A stretch of 62,762 nt of DNA, filler included, from Choristocarpus tenellus KU-1152 (taxonomy: Eukaryota > Protista > Phaeophyceae), in the NCBI GenBank assembly GCA_964200185.2. It is 13 parts of 13 records of this genome, joined end to end, with 100 filler letters (N's around TTAATTAATTAA, not from the genome) between each part and the next. Parts side by side here need not be neighbours in the genome. Positions count along the whole stretch, not along the records: positions 58,945 to 62,762 come from CAXNAD020017752.1; 12 more parts are not named here. One strand, given 5' to 3'. Shown in pieces: positions 61,192-62,762 of the stretch. The notes beneath the pieces were generated by a model. That model made no database searches, had not been told where the DNA came from, and saw only the letters and a program-made list of their open reading frames with translations. The position numbers were made by a program, and so were the translations under genes. Position 1 is the first letter of the stretch. Each line of letters begins with the position of its first letter.

Positions 61192-62556
61192 AATATAGTA
61201 GACTTGATTCGTGGAATAGGTAGGCGTTCTTCACATATATATACTCAGTATATGACACATAAATGAACTCAGAATTAGGTTCAGGTCATTTCATCATTTC
61301 TTCCCTTACAGAGAAGAAATAACAGGTGCATTTTGCACAATATATTCTTTGCTTGGCATCGCCCCCACTTAAACTTCAACTCACACAGCAGTAAGTGTAC
61401 CTCTTCACACAACTAGACGGGATATATACAGTTTGATACGTCCACAACCTTCACAAGGTAACAAGCCTCTACACAGAGTATGTATCGTTTCCTTTGAATT
61501 CCCATTGACCCTTCGTGCTCTTATGACCTGTCCTAAACCCACACTGATCAAGAATATCGCATACTGCTCCACCAGTTTTCCCAACCACCAACCCAACCTG
61601 TCCCCCTGCCACAACCCACTTTGCCACCTCAGTACACGCTGCCCCAGACCTGCCTAATGGTTGGGGCCAGGACCCCCCCCCATGGGACCTTCTTGCTCTG
61701 CTTCACAGCCATCACCAAATCAGCGCTCACACCAACCCCGCCACCCCTCTTACCACCCCCTTTATCGTTGACTTGGGTTGCACTACCCACATGACTGATA
61801 TCACCCTGATTCTCCCCAACCAACTGCCTTTCCAACATCATCCACCTGCCTCAACCGATCACCGAATCTGGTCTTGGCAACCGTCAGCTCACCACTCACT
61901 ATCAAGGCATGTTCACTGGGATACTGCGCCATCTCAACTCCTCATGCACCCATTCATCTTTACTACTGATTCCTAGCCTTGGTCATCACCTGTACTCAAC
62001 ATCTGCAGCGACCTCTGTAGGCTGGACCACTGTGATCCGTGATCTCCCCATAAACCTCACCTAGCCAATGACGTTTCCTGAATCTCCCTCAGGACAGTGG
62101 CCTCTATACTTCCAGGATTTGATGCCATGCCTACCAGCTTGGGATCCTAAGTGCCCCCCAGTCACCCTGCCTGTCTAAGTCATTCCATACTCCTCTGATA
62201 CCATCACCTTGCCCACCCCCGTGAGCAGGACATGCTGCGCCTTAAAATCATTTATTCCTCCATCCTGGACCACTTACATCATCCCTCACACCACCCAGCC
62301 TACCTTGCCTCCTGAACAAATTCACCAACCTATACACACCTTAACATAGTGGCCTGACTGAACGTCAGTGACGTACTATCTTCACCAAAGCCAGATACTT
62401 TTTCAATACTAAGCTTCGCACACAATCTTGGGCTGAAGTCATTGCCACTGCCATCCATAGTACCAATCTTTCCCCTAGTCCCACCTTCATCACTCTTCAT
62501 TTCCCCCTCATCGAAGACTCTCCATTGCCCATCAACTCCACTGATCACCCCCCAGA

Positions 62557-62721
62557 GGCTCAAAGTATCTGGGGGGGGGGGTGGCGACTGTCCATTTGGG
62601 GTCAATTTTTGTATGTAGCGGGCTATTTGGTTGCATACGTCGAATGGATAATGTAAATGCACCTTTCCTGATTTTGACCCAATGGACAACCTGGTGTAGA
62701 TCCCCCCCCCCCCCCCCCCCC
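62557..62721 (-). mobile_element. MITE family B, second TIR missing after poly-C
   Basis: GGCTCAAAGTATCTGGGG...gtccatttggggtc...gtgtagatcccc. Confidence 0.88.
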
Positions 62722-62762
62722 TACAACAAGAAACCCGGTGCACCGGATTTCGGGGGGGATGG

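Noticed and set aside
62728-62762. Palindrome CCGGTGCACCGG after the poly-C run
   Set aside because: At the window edge directly after a long homopolymer; may be an assembly artefact and cannot be evaluated.

Overview
Eukaryotic, repeat-dominated draft assembly, not a prokaryotic locus. The window is 13 unrelated small contigs joined by artificial 100-nt linkers (44 N + TTAATTAATTAA + 44 N), so adjacency across a linker means nothing. Most of it is decayed transposable elements: two Ty3/Gypsy pol remnants (one with a WLDD instead of YxDD RT motif), four Ty1/Copia remnants, solo LTRs, a DD39D-type mariner, a PIF/Harbinger transposase, a probable CRE-like non-LTR element and possible KDZ fragments. 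There are about 25 copies of two related MITE families that share the TIR core GRNNSAAAGTATCT and a subterminal GTCCATTTGGG motif but appear to differ in TSD length (4 vs 3 bp). Host-gene evidence is limited to two clean PP2C phosphatase exons and one coiled-coil exon. TTAGGG-type repeats occur interstitially, and TEs show CpG-deamination decay. The TE repertoire, telomere motif and short-exon/long-intron structure suggest a stramenopile, possibly brown-algal lineage (inference only). I found no rRNA, intact tRNA, CRISPR array or convincing new multi-gene system. The best leads are the MITE pair, the WLDD Gypsy with extra domains, and the links between the MITE TIR core and telomere-like DNA.
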